Of a stretch of DNA of 64,000 bases, positions 62,543-64,000 are shown one piece after another. The notes beneath the pieces are model-generated. The model was not told the DNA's origin. It saw only the letters and a list, made by a program, of their open reading frames with translations, and made no database searches. A program made the translations under genes and the position numbers. Location: NCBI RefSeq assembly GCF_963921235.1, contig NC_086097.1, positions 160,396,001-160,460,000 on the forward strand, read 5' to 3'. Position 1 is the first letter of the stretch. Each line of letters starts with the position of its first letter. The DNA is from Mobula hypostoma (lineage: Eukaryota).

Positions 62543-63521
62543 ATGGCATCTCGGACTTCAAAACACACTGGAAACAAGAAATACAAAGAGAAAGCAAAGA
62601 TAAAAAGATACAGCTAGTGCCAGAACAGGCCGAAGCTAGCAAAGACAACGAGGAGAAAGATATGGCCGTGATACTACGTGAGTTGAAAGAGCTGAGAAAT
62701 GAAAATCAAGAGTCATTTTCAGACACCAAGACATCACTACCTAGACTGGAGACCTCGGTGACAGACCTGAAGGAACAACTGGACCTACTGAGCAGAAATC
62801 TACCAAGTCTAAGTCCAGAATTAGTGCTAATAAGGACACACGTTTCTGGCATGAGAGAGCACTTAAATACCTGTTGAAGCAAGAAGTCACTCTTACCACA
62901 GCTTGTGATGATCTCCAGAACCGCTTACGAAGAAATAACTTAAGAATCTATCAGATACCTAAGGGTAGTGAGAAAGGAGACATGATGGGGTTTGTCAAAC
63001 AGTTAATTAAAACAACACTTCGGCTGCCAGAGAACTTAAATATACACATTGAGAGAGCCCACTGATCCCTGATCACAGAGCCGGCGCCCTTTGCACCACC
63101 ACGCGCCGTCATCGGGCACTTCTTGGATTATACAGTAAAAGAGGCAGTAATGCGTCAAGCATGGGCTCAAAAGCAAGTTACGTTTCAAGGCAGAGTCATC
63201 TATTTTTTCGGGGCTACTCTCCTGAGGTCCAGAAGAGTAAGAGTCCGCGCTGTGATCAAATAGCGAAAGGAGAAAGGTGTGCGGGCAAGTTGTCGCTTCC
63301 CAGTGCAGCTGAGAATAAACTTGGATGCTGGAGTGAAGACCTTTCCTTCCTTGATTGAAGCTCTACCTACACTGGACAACCTGGGCATCTCCGCGCCGGT
63401 GAGTGGGAGGAAGAAGCTGGAGCAGCGACTCATCAGTGAAGTATGGGAGGTGCAGCGGAGGGGGAGAGGAGGACGGAGGACTGCGCTGTCGGAGGCAGAC
63501 ATGAGAGCTTTCCTGACATAA
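62543..63521 (+). pseudogene. L1-clade LINE ORF1p (coiled coil-RRM-CTD), frameshifted; element probably continues beyond the window
   Basis: DDLQNRLRRNNLRIYQIPKGSE, IERAH, PRAVI..F, DYSPEV-like and FP.QLRI motifs. Confidence 0.88.
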
Positions 63522-64000
63522 GAAGAGGACGATTACATTTTTTCTTTCGAAGAAGGAGGTATTATGAATGGTGTCTTCTTTGGACTGATTAATAATTTCT
63601 GGGTGTGAGTAATATTTAACTGTCTTTGCCAACATTTACAGCTATTTACCAGCGTAACTGACATACTTTGACATACAATGCAGTTTTGTTGGGGGGGGAG
63701 GTGTTAAATTTTGTTAAGCAGGCAGAAAAGGAAAAGGAATCGCCAAGGGAAGGCAATAACTCAACCAGGGGGATATGTTTTCTCTGTGGTTTGTAGCTAT
63801 GATAGCACCGTGTGCATGTTCCACAGAGAGAGGCAAGTGTCATTACTCTCTGCCTAAATATCATCAGTGGGTGGTCTTGATAAGAGAAAAAGCAGTTATA
63901 ATAGTTTGTTTTATCAGGAATTTTAAAAGACTAACTGGATTTTTGGAAGTCTTATTTGGTTTTGTTGTGTTTTGTGGGCTATATTCTTTTGTAAATAGTT

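Noticed and set aside
1..64000. Prokaryotic operon, retron or defence system suggested by RT and GIY-YIG ORFs
   Set aside because: All RT and nuclease ORFs carry eukaryotic retrotransposon signatures (LTR, PBS, TSD, tails), and coding density is very low

Overview
Eukaryotic, repeat-dense, non-genic-looking DNA (intergenic or a large intron). The repeat families (CR1 LINEs with short-repeat tails, Rex1/Babar-type LINEs, Penelope-like elements, V-SINEs, Ty3/Gypsy LTR elements, Tc1, L1 ORF1) are typical of a vertebrate, most likely a cartilaginous fish such as a ray (inference). No intact host protein-coding gene is supported; almost all long ORFs are transposon remnants. Main elements: two decayed Gypsy proviruses (one with LTRs, tRNA-Trp PBS and TSD), three solo LTRs with TSDs (one containing a ~19x32-bp minisatellite), a near-full-length Rex1-type LINE, a near-full-length CR1 interrupted by four later insertions, two Penelope-like GIY-YIG copies, a Tc1 remnant and an L1 ORF1 remnant. 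The most interesting signal is about a dozen degenerate minimal type-I hammerhead ribozyme motifs (consensus AGTC-CTGACGA-AGGGTCTCGGCCC-GAA-ACGT-C-GACT) in Penelope pseudo-LTRs and in short TSD-flanked hairpin elements. Two unnamed non-coding retroposons with YY1-like 5' ends are also present. Boundaries of old repeats are approximate, and family names come from motif recognition rather than database searches.
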